From: Eledone cirrhosa
Lineage: Eukaryota
Direction of reading: 5' to 3'
Assembly (NCBI GenBank): GCA_964016885.1
Contig: OZ024758.1
Location: 62,001 to 126,000 of the forward strand
DNA: 64,000 nt
Shown: in pieces, positions 1 to 13,289 of the stretch
Layout of the letters: each line of letters opens with the position of its first letter
How positions within the stretch are numbered: the first letter of the stretch is position 1
Notes under the pieces: generated by a model
Seen by the model: the letters and a program-made list of their open reading frames with translations, nothing else
Database searches by the model: none
Told to the model about the DNA's origin: nothing
Position numbers and translations under genes: made by a program

Positions 1-322
1 GAACGACCAAGCATAAACGAGTTGAGAGAGAAACTGTGTTTAAGAGGGATAAGTTGTGGTGTGCAAGAGAGGACTGAGATGGTATGGGCATGTGATGCGC
101 ATGGAGGTTGAGCGCTGGGTAAAGAAGGGAGACGCAGTAGAGGAAGACCACGAAAAACATGGGTGGAGGTGGTGAGAGCCGACTTCAGATCGCTGAAACT
201 CACCAAGGAGATGACGAAGGACCGTGACAAGTGAAGAGATGCTTTGCTCAAGAGGACCTGTCCCACCCTTTCAAGCAGGGAAAAGCGGACGTAAAATGAT
301 GAACAGACGATGATAATGATGC
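1..322 (+). mobile_element. RTE-clade LINE 3' end (ORF C-terminus plus tail); present in every unit (complete copy e.g. 3216-3685)
   Basis: Encodes RGRPRKTW and W.GHV.RM motifs. Ends CCCACCCTTTCAAGCAGGGAAAAGCGGACGTAAAATGATGA with an (ATG)n-like tail, matching the 3' ends at 57470-57890 and 60630-60680. Confidence 0.9.
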
Positions 323-390
323 TCTCTATATATCTATCTCTCTATCAATCTATCCAGATATCTGTGCATCAGTCTATCTATTTACCTATA
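323..390 (+). repeat. Degenerate (TCTA)n microsatellite, every unit
   Basis: ctctctatatatctatctctctatcaatctatcc...gtctatctatttacctata. Confidence 0.7.
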
Positions 391-651
391 AACACCCTCC
401 TCACTCCGTCTCAGGATCACCGAGACATCACCAACAACCAACCCACGCTGTGGGAAACAGTCCTCCCCGGGGCACACCCTGCTACTTCACACCATCTGTC
501 TGTCTCGCTGCCTAACTACCGAGAAATCCGGCTTCTGTGCTTGCCTAATTTGTAGGTTATTAGGCAGTTGGCAGGTTTGCGGAAGTTGGTTTTGCAAATG
601 GTTAAAACACTTGCATCACAAAATTCAAATAGCATCACTCCTTGTTTTATC

Positions 652-770
652 TTTCTCGTCTTTACCTAGGCCTGCATAAGTTAGTGTTACGGTTAGTGTT
701 ACTGTTAGCGTTACGACTAGTTTTAGGGTTAATTGAGAGCAAGAAACTGCTGCTAGGTAAAGACAAGAAA
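652..770. repeat. 18-bp inverted repeat enclosing 8 degenerate TTAGGG-like hexamers (MITE/foldback-like), every unit
   Basis: tttctcgtctttacctag (652-669) vs ctaggtaaagacaagaaa (753-770), 1 mismatch. Interior 681-728 reads ttagtg ttacgg ttagtg ttactg ttagcg ttacga ctagtt ttaggg. Confidence 0.75.
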
Positions 771-807
771 TTCTGCATTTACAAGCAATTTTTACAAACA
801 GCCACAA

Positions 808-1630
808 TGACAGGACGGAGACATCGTTATGCTAGCAGGGGATTTCAATGGTCATGTTGGACAGCTCTACGATGGTTACACTGAGGTACATGTTGGGCAC
901 ACTTACGGCTTAAGAAATGAAGCAGTGAAACTTCTTGAATTTTGCAATGCAATTGCACTAACCATCTACAACACTAACTTACACAAATCTGCCAACCACC
1001 TAATAACCTACAAATCAGGCAAGCACATAAGCCAGATTGACTTCTTGCTAGTTAGGCAGCGGGACAGGCAGATGGTGTCAAATGCAAAGGCATACCCCGG
1101 GGAAGAATGTACCCCACAGCATAGGTTAGTCGTTAGTGATATCTCATTAAGCAAGAGACTGAATGAGACATACAGGAAGGTGTGGAAAAAAGAAAGGTCT
1201 GGAAGCTAAAAGAGCTCTCACTAAAATACAAATTTAGGAAAGCCCTTCAATATGTGTATGATGAAAAAGAAGACGATTTAGAGTCGTACAACATAGATGA
1301 TAACTGGAATTTCTTATGCGATACCTTACTGCAGGTTACTGATGAAACTTGTGGCTGGATCAGAGTTCCAACCAGACAGAGAGTGACATGGTGGTGGGAC
1401 AGCACGGTAGATCGGGCCATTGGAGACTAAAGACTAGCATGGAATGCTTGCAAAATTAGTGCGAGTAGAGAAGAATATACAGCCGCTAAGAGAGAAGCTA
1501 GACGTCAGGTGTACTTAGCATGCAAGGAGGCTGCTCGACGACGTGCGCTGTTCCGTACTGCAAGGCAGTGTGTCAGTGCAAATCGGGATTAAGTCTGTCC
1601 GCAATGATGCCGCTGTACTTTGTGTCACGA
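808..1630 (+). pseudogene. RTE LINE apurinic endonuclease C-terminal half plus linker, frameshifted and 5'-truncated, every unit
   Basis: LAGDFNGHVG, ITYKSG..SQIDFLL, PQHRLVV and TWWWD motifs; frameshift near 1190 and in-frame stops. Confidence 0.92.
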
Positions 1631-1790
1631 ATGAGTGTTGATGAGTAGAAAAGAGGACAAAACTCTATTCCGTCAGGGAAATGGCCATGTTCGATATGCA
1701 GAAACGGAACTGGCATAAATTATATAAAACGTACACAAAAGATCGAGTGCGATAGCAGGCACGTAGTGGGATAGCAGGCAAACTAACAGC
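1631..1790 (+). pseudogene. RTE LINE fragment covering the decayed PHD-finger region of the RT, joined by an internal deletion
   Basis: gagtagaaaagaggacaaaactct...gggaaatggccatgttcgatatgcagaaa...agtgggatagcaggcaaactaaca aligns by eye to 59862-60009 (SREEDKTLIPSGKWSCSIC...SGIAGKLT). Confidence 0.8.
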
Positions 1791-1845
1791 ATATTTTGAT
1801 TATAATAAAACAAATAATAATAGTAATAATAATAATAATAATAAT

Positions 1846-1891
1846 CGTCATTGTTCTTTTCTTCTGTGCCTTTCTTTGCCTTCTCTGTCAT
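1846..1891 (-). other. Putative terminal-type exon (acceptor only; end undefined), every complete unit
   Basis: Minus strand ttctttttttcttttatttttgttattcag|ATGACAGAGAAGGC...; strong polypyrimidine tract plus CAG; runs into (TAT)n. Confidence 0.45.
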
Positions 1892-2066
1892 CTGAATAAC
1901 AAAAATAAAAGAAAAAAAGAATCTTAAACATATGTTGCCTTTACAAAGTGCTGTGATCAAAGTAGCTTTTAAGCAATTTCCTAACTAACAAACAACATCA
2001 ACAAAATATATACAAATATCTTTGAATGTCAAGTCCACCAAGAGAAAATAGTCATAATGTACTTAC

Positions 2067-2121
2067 AGATACAATGCTAGGGACTCGCATCAATGAGTTT
2101 TAGTAGAAAATGACTGACTGA
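2067..2121 (-). other. Putative 55-nt exon with stops in all three frames, every complete unit
   Basis: Minus strand cctctgtcccctcaacag|TCAGTC...GTATCT|gtaagt. Confidence 0.4.
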
Positions 2122-2381
2122 CTGTTGAGGGGACAGAGGTGTGTTTTCAAATATTTATCAATTCACAACAAAGCCTCACAAAGCTACATCATAATGCAAA
2201 CTCACAACACCCTTCTTATGCAACCTCACCAAGCAACCCCACAACACAACCTCACGTTCACAATTCACAACACTCAACAAGGCATTCGTTATCTAGGGTT
2301 TACAGTAAACATAGCGAGGTAAGACACACCCAGTACACTCTGTAAAGTGGTCATTAGGTTAAGATTAAACTGAAATCATAC

Positions 2382-2459
2382 CTCCATTGTCGTTGGCGTA
2401 TATTTTCTCTAAAACTTAATTTCATTGCTTTCATTTCTCTTCTTTTTCTTCTATTCCAT
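2382..2459 (-). other. Putative 78-nt symmetric (phase 2-2) exon; copies also at 5745, 9108, 12471, 15834, 19192, 22832, 26195, 29558, 32921, 36279 and 39914
   Basis: Minus strand ttttttttcatatttag|ATGGAATAG...CAATGGAG|gtatga. The only open frame reads WNRRKRREMKAMKLSFRENIRQRQW. Confidence 0.6.
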
Positions 2460-2518
2460 CTAAATATGAAAAAAAAATTATACAGGTCATTTCGTCTTAT
2501 CAAGAGGTCCATTTAAAA

Positions 2519-2974
2519 TTGAGATTAACGAATATAGGGTCCAAGAGGCGATTAAGGAATTGAAAAATGGTGAGGCTGCTGGACCATCGGAGATAGTTGC
2601 TGAGATGCTGAAGGCCTCAGGGGACGTAGGCACTAAACTGGTTGCACACATCATCAATCAGGCTATATATGGCAGTGTCATACCCAAAGACTAGTGCAAA
2701 AGTAAAGGGGACGCTCTTGAGAGGAGAAATTATAGGGATATAAAACTGATGGATCAGGTTATGAAAGTGGCAGAAAGGATATTAGCACAACTAATTAGAG
2801 AAAGGGTCAAACTAGATGAGATGCAGTTTGGTTTTGTGCCTGGGAATAGTACAACAGATGCCCTCTTCTTGATGAGACAATTACAAGAGAGGTTCTTAGA
2901 GAAAAATAAGCCACTATACTTAGCCTTTGTTGACCTAGAGAAGGCCTTTGATAGGGTACGCCGATCTGTCATCT
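2519..2974 (+). pseudogene. RTE LINE reverse transcriptase N-terminal fragment, every complete unit
   Basis: AAGPSEIVAEMLKASG, NYR.IKLMDQVMKV.ERI, QFGFVPG.STTDA and AFVDLEKAFDRV; stops and truncation before YADD. Confidence 0.93.
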
Positions 2975-3133
2975 TATTATTTAACCTATAAATGGGGCCC
3001 CAACAGGTACTACTACACCAGGCCAGAGCAGACCTGGGAGTTATGACAACTAAGGGGGTAACTCCATGTTCCCCACAGTTCCTCCTGAACTTGAGCCTTG
3101 CCACTGGATGTAGTTTAATGTCATACCCAGGAC
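2975..3133 (-). mobile_element. Short interspersed repeat (SINE-like) interrupting the RT fragment, followed by (TA/CA)n at 3136-3215
   Basis: Non-LINE segment gtcctgggtatgacattaaactacatcc...ctcccaggtctgctctggcctggtgtagtagtacctgttgggg. It resembles an abundant cephalopod repeat from memory (not verified). Also present at 44088-44245. Confidence 0.55.
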
Positions 3134-3159
3134 AAATATATACATACATATATATACAT

Positions 3160-3200
<41 letters not shown>

Positions 3201-6200
3201 TACAAATATATATATGCGTACGAAAGTGTGGTTACATGATGCCTATGCGAGATGTGCGACCCTGCATGGTAGTGAAACATGGACAGCAACTGCAGAGGGT
3301 ATGCGATGGCTGGAGAGAAATGAAGCAAGCACGCTCCGTTGGATGTGCAATGTCAATGTGCGGGAACGACCAAGCATAAACGAGTTGAGAGAGAAACTGT
3401 GTTTAAGAGGGATAAGTTGTGGTGTGCAAGAGAGGACTGAGATGGTATGGGCATGTGATGCGCATGGAGGTTGAGCGCTGGGTAAAGAAGGGAGACGCAG
3501 TAGAGGAAGACCACGAAAAACATGGGTGGAGGTGGTGAGAGCCGACTTCAGATCGCTGAAACTCACCAAGGAGATGACGAAGGACCGTGACAAGTGAAGA
3601 GATGCTTTGCTCAAGAGGACCTGTCCCACCCTTTCAAGCAGGGAAAAGCGGACGTAAAATGATGAACAGACGATGATAATGATGCTCTCTATATATCTAT
3701 CTCTCTATCAATCTATCCAGATATCTGTGCATCAGTCTATCTATTTACCTATAAACACCCTCCTCACTCCGTCTCAGGATCACCGAGACATCACCAACAA
3801 CCAACCCACGCTGTGGGAAACAGTCCTCCCCGGGGCACACCCTGCTACTTCACACCATCTGTCTGTCTCGCTGCCTAACTACCGAGAAATCCGGCTTCTG
3901 TGCTTGCCTAATTTGTAGGTTATTAGGCAGTTGGCAGGTTTGCGGAAGTTGGTTTTGCAAATGGTTAAAACACTTGCATCACAAAATTCAAATAGCATCA
4001 CTCCTTGTTTTATCTTTCTCGTCTTTACCTAGGCCTGCATAAGTTAGTGTTACGGTTAGTGTTACTGTTAGCGTTACGACTAGTTTTAGGGTTAATTGAG
4101 AGCAAGAAACTGCTGCTAGGTAAAGACAAGAAATTCTGCATTTACAAGCAATTTTTACAAACAGCCACAATGACAGGACGGAGACATCGTTATGCTAGCA
4201 GGGGATTTCAATGGTCATGTTGGACAGCTCTACGATGGTTACACTGAGGTACATGTTGGGCACACTTACGGCTTAAGAAATGAAGCAGTGAAACTTCTTG
4301 AATTTTGCAATGCAATTGCACTAACCATCTACAACACTAACTTACACAAATCTGCCAACCACCTAATAACCTACAAATCAGGCAAGCACATAAGCCAGAT
4401 TGACTTCTTGCTAGTTAGGCAGCGGGACAGGCAGATGGTGTCAAATGCAAAGGCATACCCCGGGGAAGAATGTACCCCACAGCATAGGTTAGTCGTTAGT
4501 GATATCTCATTAAGCAAGAGACTGAATGAGACATACAGGAAGGTGTGGAAAAAAGAAAGGTCTGGAAGCTAAAAGAGCTCTCACTAAAATACAAATTTAG
4601 GAAAGCCCTTCAATATGTGTATGATGAAAAAGAAGACGATTTAGAGTCGTACAACATAGATGATAACTGGAATTTCTTATGCGATACCTTACTGCAGGTT
4701 ACTGATGAAACTTGTGGCTGGATCAGAGTTCCAACCAGACAGAGAGTGACATGGTGGTGGGACAGCACGGTAGATCGGGCCATTGGAGACTAAAGACTAG
4801 CATGGAATGCTTGCAAAATTAGTGCGAGTAGAGAAGAATATACAGCCGCTAAGAGAGAAGCTAGACGTCAGGTGTACTTAGCATGCAAGGAGGCTGCTCG
4901 ACGACGTGCGCTGTTCCGTACTGCAAGGCAGTGTGTCAGTGCAAATCGGGATTAAGTCTGTCCGCAATGATGCCGCTGTACTTTGTGTCACGAATGAGTG
5001 TTGATGAGTAGAAAAGAGGACAAAACTCTATTCCGTCAGGGAAATGGCCATGTTCGATATGCAGAAACGGAACTGGCATAAATTATATAAAACGTACACA
5101 AAAGATCGAGTGCGATAGCAGGCACGTAGTGGGATAGCAGGCAAACTAACAGCATATTTTGATTATAATAAAACAAATAATAATAGTAATAATAATAATA
5201 ATAATAATCGTCATTGTTCTTTTCTTCTGTGCCTTTCTTTGCCTTCTCTGTCATCTGAATAACAAAAATAAAAGAAAAAAAGAATCTTAAACATATGTTG
5301 CCTTTACAAAGTGCTGTGATCAAAGTAGCTTTTAAGCAATTTCCTAACTAACAAACAACATCAACAAAATATATACAAATATCTTTGAATGTCAAGTCCA
5401 CCAAGAGAAAATAGTCATAATGTACTTACAGATACAATGCTAGGGACTCGCATCAATGAGTTTTAGTAGAAAATGACTGACTGACTGTTGAGGGGACAGA
5501 GGTGTGTTTTCAAATATTTATCAATTCACAACAAAGCCTCACAAAGCTACATCATAATGCAAACTCACAACACCCTTCTTATGCAACCTCACCAAGCAAC
5601 CCCACAACACAACCTCACGTTCACAATTCACAACACTCAACAAGGCATTCGTTATCTAGGGTTTACAGTAAACATAGCGAGGTAAGACACACCCAGTACA
5701 CTCTGTAAAGTGGTCATTAGGTTAAGATTAAACTGAAATCATACCTCCATTGTCGTTGGCGTATATTTTCTCTAAAACTTAATTTCATTGCTTTCATTTC
5801 TCTTCTTTTTCTTCTATTCCATCTAAATATGAAAAAAAAATTATACAGGTCATTTCGTCTTATCAAGAGGTCCATTTAAAATTGAGATTAACGAATATAG
5901 GGTCCAAGAGGCGATTAAGGAATTGAAAAATGGTGAGGCTGCTGGACCATCGGAGATAGTTGCTGAGATGCTGAAGGCCTCAGGGGACGTAGGCACTAAA
6001 CTGGTTGCACACATCATCAATCAGGCTATATATGGCAGTGTCATACCCAAAGACTAGTGCAAAAGTAAAGGGGACGCTCTTGAGAGGAGAAATTATAGGG
6101 ATATAAAACTGATGGATCAGGTTATGAAAGTGGCAGAAAGGATATTAGCACAACTAATTAGAGAAAGGGTCAAACTAGATGAGATGCAGTTTGGTTTTGT

Positions 6201-6522
6201 GCCTGGGAATAGTACAACAGATGCCCTCTTCTTGATGAGACAATTACAAGAGAGGTTCTTAGAGAAAAATAAGCCACTATACTTAGCCTTTGTTGACCTA
6301 GAGAAGGCCTTTGATAGGGTACGCCGATCTGTCATCTTATTATTTAACCTATAAATGGGGCCCCAACAGGTACTACTACACCAGGCCAGAGCAGACCTGG
6401 GAGTTATGACAACTAAGGGGGTAACTCCATGTTCCCCACAGTTCCTCCTGAACTTGAGCCTTGCCACTGGATGTAGTTTAATGTCATACCCAGGACAAAT
6501 ATATACATACATATATATACAT

Positions 6523-6563
<41 letters not shown>

Positions 6564-9500
6564 TACAAATATATATATGCGTACGAAAGTGTGGTTACAT
6601 GATGCCTATGCGAGATGTGCGACCCTGCATGGTAGTGAAACATGGACAGCAACTGCAGAGGGTATGCGATGGCTGGAGAGAAATGAAGCAAGCACGCTCC
6701 GTTGGATGTGCAATGTCAATGTGCGGGAACGACCAAGCATAAACGAGTTGAGAGAGAAACTGTGTTTAAGAGGGATAAGTTGTGGTGTGCAAGAGAGGAC
6801 TGAGATGGTATGGGCATGTGATGCGCATGGAGGTTGAGCGCTGGGTAAAGAAGGGAGACGCAGTAGAGGAAGACCACGAAAAACATGGGTGGAGGTGGTG
6901 AGAGCCGACTTCAGATCGCTGAAACTCACCAAGGAGATGACGAAGGACCGTGACAAGTGAAGAGATGCTTTGCTCAAGAGGACCTGTCCCACCCTTTCAA
7001 GCAGGGAAAAGCGGACGTAAAATGATGAACAGACGATGATAATGATGCTCTCTATATATCTATCTCTCTATCAATCTATCCAGATATCTGTGCATCAGTC
7101 TATCTATTTACCTATAAACACCCTCCTCACTCCGTCTCAGGATCACCGAGACATCACCAACAACCAACCCACGCTGTGGGAAACAGTCCTCCCCGGGGCA
7201 CACCCTGCTACTTCACACCATCTGTCTGTCTCGCTGCCTAACTACCGAGAAATCCGGCTTCTGTGCTTGCCTAATTTGTAGGTTATTAGGCAGTTGGCAG
7301 GTTTGCGGAAGTTGGTTTTGCAAATGGTTAAAACACTTGCATCACAAAATTCAAATAGCATCACTCCTTGTTTTATCTTTCTCGTCTTTACCTAGGCCTG
7401 CATAAGTTAGTGTTACGGTTAGTGTTACTGTTAGCGTTACGACTAGTTTTAGGGTTAATTGAGAGCAAGAAACTGCTGCTAGGTAAAGACAAGAAATTCT
7501 GCATTTACAAGCAATTTTTACAAACAGCCACAATGACAGGACGGAGACATCGTTATGCTAGCAGGGGATTTCAATGGTCATGTTGGACAGCTCTACGATG
7601 GTTACACTGAGGTACATGTTGGGCACACTTACGGCTTAAGAAATGAAGCAGTGAAACTTCTTGAATTTTGCAATGCAATTGCACTAACCATCTACAACAC
7701 TAACTTACACAAATCTGCCAACCACCTAATAACCTACAAATCAGGCAAGCACATAAGCCAGATTGACTTCTTGCTAGTTAGGCAGCGGGACAGGCAGATG
7801 GTGTCAAATGCAAAGGCATACCCCGGGGAAGAATGTACCCCACAGCATAGGTTAGTCGTTAGTGATATCTCATTAAGCAAGAGACTGAATGAGACATACA
7901 GGAAGGTGTGGAAAAAAGAAAGGTCTGGAAGCTAAAAGAGCTCTCACTAAAATACAAATTTAGGAAAGCCCTTCAATATGTGTATGATGAAAAAGAAGAC
8001 GATTTAGAGTCGTACAACATAGATGATAACTGGAATTTCTTATGCGATACCTTACTGCAGGTTACTGATGAAACTTGTGGCTGGATCAGAGTTCCAACCA
8101 GACAGAGAGTGACATGGTGGTGGGACAGCACGGTAGATCGGGCCATTGGAGACTAAAGACTAGCATGGAATGCTTGCAAAATTAGTGCGAGTAGAGAAGA
8201 ATATACAGCCGCTAAGAGAGAAGCTAGACGTCAGGTGTACTTAGCATGCAAGGAGGCTGCTCGACGACGTGCGCTGTTCCGTACTGCAAGGCAGTGTGTC
8301 AGTGCAAATCGGGATTAAGTCTGTCCGCAATGATGCCGCTGTACTTTGTGTCACGAATGAGTGTTGATGAGTAGAAAAGAGGACAAAACTCTATTCCGTC
8401 AGGGAAATGGCCATGTTCGATATGCAGAAACGGAACTGGCATAAATTATATAAAACGTACACAAAAGATCGAGTGCGATAGCAGGCACGTAGTGGGATAG
8501 CAGGCAAACTAACAGCATATTTTGATTATAATAAAACAAATAATAATAGTAATAATAATAATAATAATAATCGTCATTGTTCTTTTCTTCTGTGCCTTTC
8601 TTTGCCTTCTCTGTCATCTGAATAACAAAAATAAAAGAAAAAAAGAATCTTAAACATATGTTGCCTTTACAAAGTGCTGTGATCAAAGTAGCTTTTAAGC
8701 AATTTCCTAACTAACAAACAACATCAACAAAATATATACAAATATCTTTGAATGTCAAGTCCACCAAGAGAAAATAGTCATAATGTACTTACAGATACAA
8801 TGCTAGGGACTCGCATCAATGAGTTTTAGTAGAAAATGACTGACTGACTGTTGAGGGGACAGAGGTGTGTTTTCAAATATTTATCAATTCACAACAAAGC
8901 CTCACAAAGCTACATCATAATGCAAACTCACAACACCCTTCTTATGCAACCTCACCAAGCAACCCCACAACACAACCTCACGTTCACAATTCACAACACT
9001 CAACAAGGCATTCGTTATCTAGGGTTTACAGTAAACATAGCGAGGTAAGACACACCCAGTACACTCTGTAAAGTGGTCATTAGGTTAAGATTAAACTGAA
9101 ATCATACCTCCATTGTCGTTGGCGTATATTTTCTCTAAAACTTAATTTCATTGCTTTCATTTCTCTTCTTTTTCTTCTATTCCATCTAAATATGAAAAAA
9201 AAATTATACAGGTCATTTCGTCTTATCAAGAGGTCCATTTAAAATTGAGATTAACGAATATAGGGTCCAAGAGGCGATTAAGGAATTGAAAAATGGTGAG
9301 GCTGCTGGACCATCGGAGATAGTTGCTGAGATGCTGAAGGCCTCAGGGGACGTAGGCACTAAACTGGTTGCACACATCATCAATCAGGCTATATATGGCA
9401 GTGTCATACCCAAAGACTAGTGCAAAAGTAAAGGGGACGCTCTTGAGAGGAGAAATTATAGGGATATAAAACTGATGGATCAGGTTATGAAAGTGGCAGA

Positions 9501-9885
9501 AAGGATATTAGCACAACTAATTAGAGAAAGGGTCAAACTAGATGAGATGCAGTTTGGTTTTGTGCCTGGGAATAGTACAACAGATGCCCTCTTCTTGATG
9601 AGACAATTACAAGAGAGGTTCTTAGAGAAAAATAAGCCACTATACTTAGCCTTTGTTGACCTAGAGAAGGCCTTTGATAGGGTACGCCGATCTGTCATCT
9701 TATTATTTAACCTATAAATGGGGCCCCAACAGGTACTACTACACCAGGCCAGAGCAGACCTGGGAGTTATGACAACTAAGGGGGTAACTCCATGTTCCCC
9801 ACAGTTCCTCCTGAACTTGAGCCTTGCCACTGGATGTAGTTTAATGTCATACCCAGGACAAATATATACATACATATATATACAT

Positions 9886-9926
<41 letters not shown>

Positions 9927-12900
9927 TACAAATATATATATGCGTACGAAAGTGTGGTTACATGATGCCTATGCGAGATGTGCGACCCTGCATGGTAGTG
10001 AAACATGGACAGCAACTGCAGAGGGTATGCGATGGCTGGAGAGAAATGAAGCAAGCACGCTCCGTTGGATGTGCAATGTCAATGTGCGGGAACGACCAAG
10101 CATAAACGAGTTGAGAGAGAAACTGTGTTTAAGAGGGATAAGTTGTGGTGTGCAAGAGAGGACTGAGATGGTATGGGCATGTGATGCGCATGGAGGTTGA
10201 GCGCTGGGTAAAGAAGGGAGACGCAGTAGAGGAAGACCACGAAAAACATGGGTGGAGGTGGTGAGAGCCGACTTCAGATCGCTGAAACTCACCAAGGAGA
10301 TGACGAAGGACCGTGACAAGTGAAGAGATGCTTTGCTCAAGAGGACCTGTCCCACCCTTTCAAGCAGGGAAAAGCGGACGTAAAATGATGAACAGACGAT
10401 GATAATGATGCTCTCTATATATCTATCTCTCTATCAATCTATCCAGATATCTGTGCATCAGTCTATCTATTTACCTATAAACACCCTCCTCACTCCGTCT
10501 CAGGATCACCGAGACATCACCAACAACCAACCCACGCTGTGGGAAACAGTCCTCCCCGGGGCACACCCTGCTACTTCACACCATCTGTCTGTCTCGCTGC
10601 CTAACTACCGAGAAATCCGGCTTCTGTGCTTGCCTAATTTGTAGGTTATTAGGCAGTTGGCAGGTTTGCGGAAGTTGGTTTTGCAAATGGTTAAAACACT
10701 TGCATCACAAAATTCAAATAGCATCACTCCTTGTTTTATCTTTCTCGTCTTTACCTAGGCCTGCATAAGTTAGTGTTACGGTTAGTGTTACTGTTAGCGT
10801 TACGACTAGTTTTAGGGTTAATTGAGAGCAAGAAACTGCTGCTAGGTAAAGACAAGAAATTCTGCATTTACAAGCAATTTTTACAAACAGCCACAATGAC
10901 AGGACGGAGACATCGTTATGCTAGCAGGGGATTTCAATGGTCATGTTGGACAGCTCTACGATGGTTACACTGAGGTACATGTTGGGCACACTTACGGCTT
11001 AAGAAATGAAGCAGTGAAACTTCTTGAATTTTGCAATGCAATTGCACTAACCATCTACAACACTAACTTACACAAATCTGCCAACCACCTAATAACCTAC
11101 AAATCAGGCAAGCACATAAGCCAGATTGACTTCTTGCTAGTTAGGCAGCGGGACAGGCAGATGGTGTCAAATGCAAAGGCATACCCCGGGGAAGAATGTA
11201 CCCCACAGCATAGGTTAGTCGTTAGTGATATCTCATTAAGCAAGAGACTGAATGAGACATACAGGAAGGTGTGGAAAAAAGAAAGGTCTGGAAGCTAAAA
11301 GAGCTCTCACTAAAATACAAATTTAGGAAAGCCCTTCAATATGTGTATGATGAAAAAGAAGACGATTTAGAGTCGTACAACATAGATGATAACTGGAATT
11401 TCTTATGCGATACCTTACTGCAGGTTACTGATGAAACTTGTGGCTGGATCAGAGTTCCAACCAGACAGAGAGTGACATGGTGGTGGGACAGCACGGTAGA
11501 TCGGGCCATTGGAGACTAAAGACTAGCATGGAATGCTTGCAAAATTAGTGCGAGTAGAGAAGAATATACAGCCGCTAAGAGAGAAGCTAGACGTCAGGTG
11601 TACTTAGCATGCAAGGAGGCTGCTCGACGACGTGCGCTGTTCCGTACTGCAAGGCAGTGTGTCAGTGCAAATCGGGATTAAGTCTGTCCGCAATGATGCC
11701 GCTGTACTTTGTGTCACGAATGAGTGTTGATGAGTAGAAAAGAGGACAAAACTCTATTCCGTCAGGGAAATGGCCATGTTCGATATGCAGAAACGGAACT
11801 GGCATAAATTATATAAAACGTACACAAAAGATCGAGTGCGATAGCAGGCACGTAGTGGGATAGCAGGCAAACTAACAGCATATTTTGATTATAATAAAAC
11901 AAATAATAATAGTAATAATAATAATAATAATAATCGTCATTGTTCTTTTCTTCTGTGCCTTTCTTTGCCTTCTCTGTCATCTGAATAACAAAAATAAAAG
12001 AAAAAAAGAATCTTAAACATATGTTGCCTTTACAAAGTGCTGTGATCAAAGTAGCTTTTAAGCAATTTCCTAACTAACAAACAACATCAACAAAATATAT
12101 ACAAATATCTTTGAATGTCAAGTCCACCAAGAGAAAATAGTCATAATGTACTTACAGATACAATGCTAGGGACTCGCATCAATGAGTTTTAGTAGAAAAT
12201 GACTGACTGACTGTTGAGGGGACAGAGGTGTGTTTTCAAATATTTATCAATTCACAACAAAGCCTCACAAAGCTACATCATAATGCAAACTCACAACACC
12301 CTTCTTATGCAACCTCACCAAGCAACCCCACAACACAACCTCACGTTCACAATTCACAACACTCAACAAGGCATTCGTTATCTAGGGTTTACAGTAAACA
12401 TAGCGAGGTAAGACACACCCAGTACACTCTGTAAAGTGGTCATTAGGTTAAGATTAAACTGAAATCATACCTCCATTGTCGTTGGCGTATATTTTCTCTA
12501 AAACTTAATTTCATTGCTTTCATTTCTCTTCTTTTTCTTCTATTCCATCTAAATATGAAAAAAAAATTATACAGGTCATTTCGTCTTATCAAGAGGTCCA
12601 TTTAAAATTGAGATTAACGAATATAGGGTCCAAGAGGCGATTAAGGAATTGAAAAATGGTGAGGCTGCTGGACCATCGGAGATAGTTGCTGAGATGCTGA
12701 AGGCCTCAGGGGACGTAGGCACTAAACTGGTTGCACACATCATCAATCAGGCTATATATGGCAGTGTCATACCCAAAGACTAGTGCAAAAGTAAAGGGGA
12801 CGCTCTTGAGAGGAGAAATTATAGGGATATAAAACTGATGGATCAGGTTATGAAAGTGGCAGAAAGGATATTAGCACAACTAATTAGAGAAAGGGTCAAA

Positions 12901-13248
12901 CTAGATGAGATGCAGTTTGGTTTTGTGCCTGGGAATAGTACAACAGATGCCCTCTTCTTGATGAGACAATTACAAGAGAGGTTCTTAGAGAAAAATAAGC
13001 CACTATACTTAGCCTTTGTTGACCTAGAGAAGGCCTTTGATAGGGTACGCCGATCTGTCATCTTATTATTTAACCTATAAATGGGGCCCCAACAGGTACT
13101 ACTACACCAGGCCAGAGCAGACCTGGGAGTTATGACAACTAAGGGGGTAACTCCATGTTCCCCACAGTTCCTCCTGAACTTGAGCCTTGCCACTGGATGT
13201 AGTTTAATGTCATACCCAGGACAAATATATACATACATATATATACAT

Positions 13249-13289
<41 letters not shown>

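Noticed and set aside
681-728. True telomere
   Set aside because: Only one perfect TTAGGG; internal and IR-flanked.
1339-1350. CTGATGAAAC as a hammerhead core in each unit
   Set aside because: No stem II between CTGATGA and GAAA; it is LINE coding sequence (TDET).
1673-1960. 95-aa poly-Tyr ORF
   Set aside because: The Tyr run is the (AAT)n microsatellite, the ORF has a non-ATG start, and it crosses a splice acceptor and antisense LINE sequence.
1892-2381. Intronic snoRNAs (snoRNA host gene idea)
   Set aside because: One hairpin ending near ACA was seen (~1930-1978, minus strand), but no convincing H box or C/D box pair.
829-3474. Functional LINE protein encoded by the array unit
   Set aside because: Fragments are frameshifted, out of order, lack YADD, and are interrupted by a SINE-like repeat and microsatellites.
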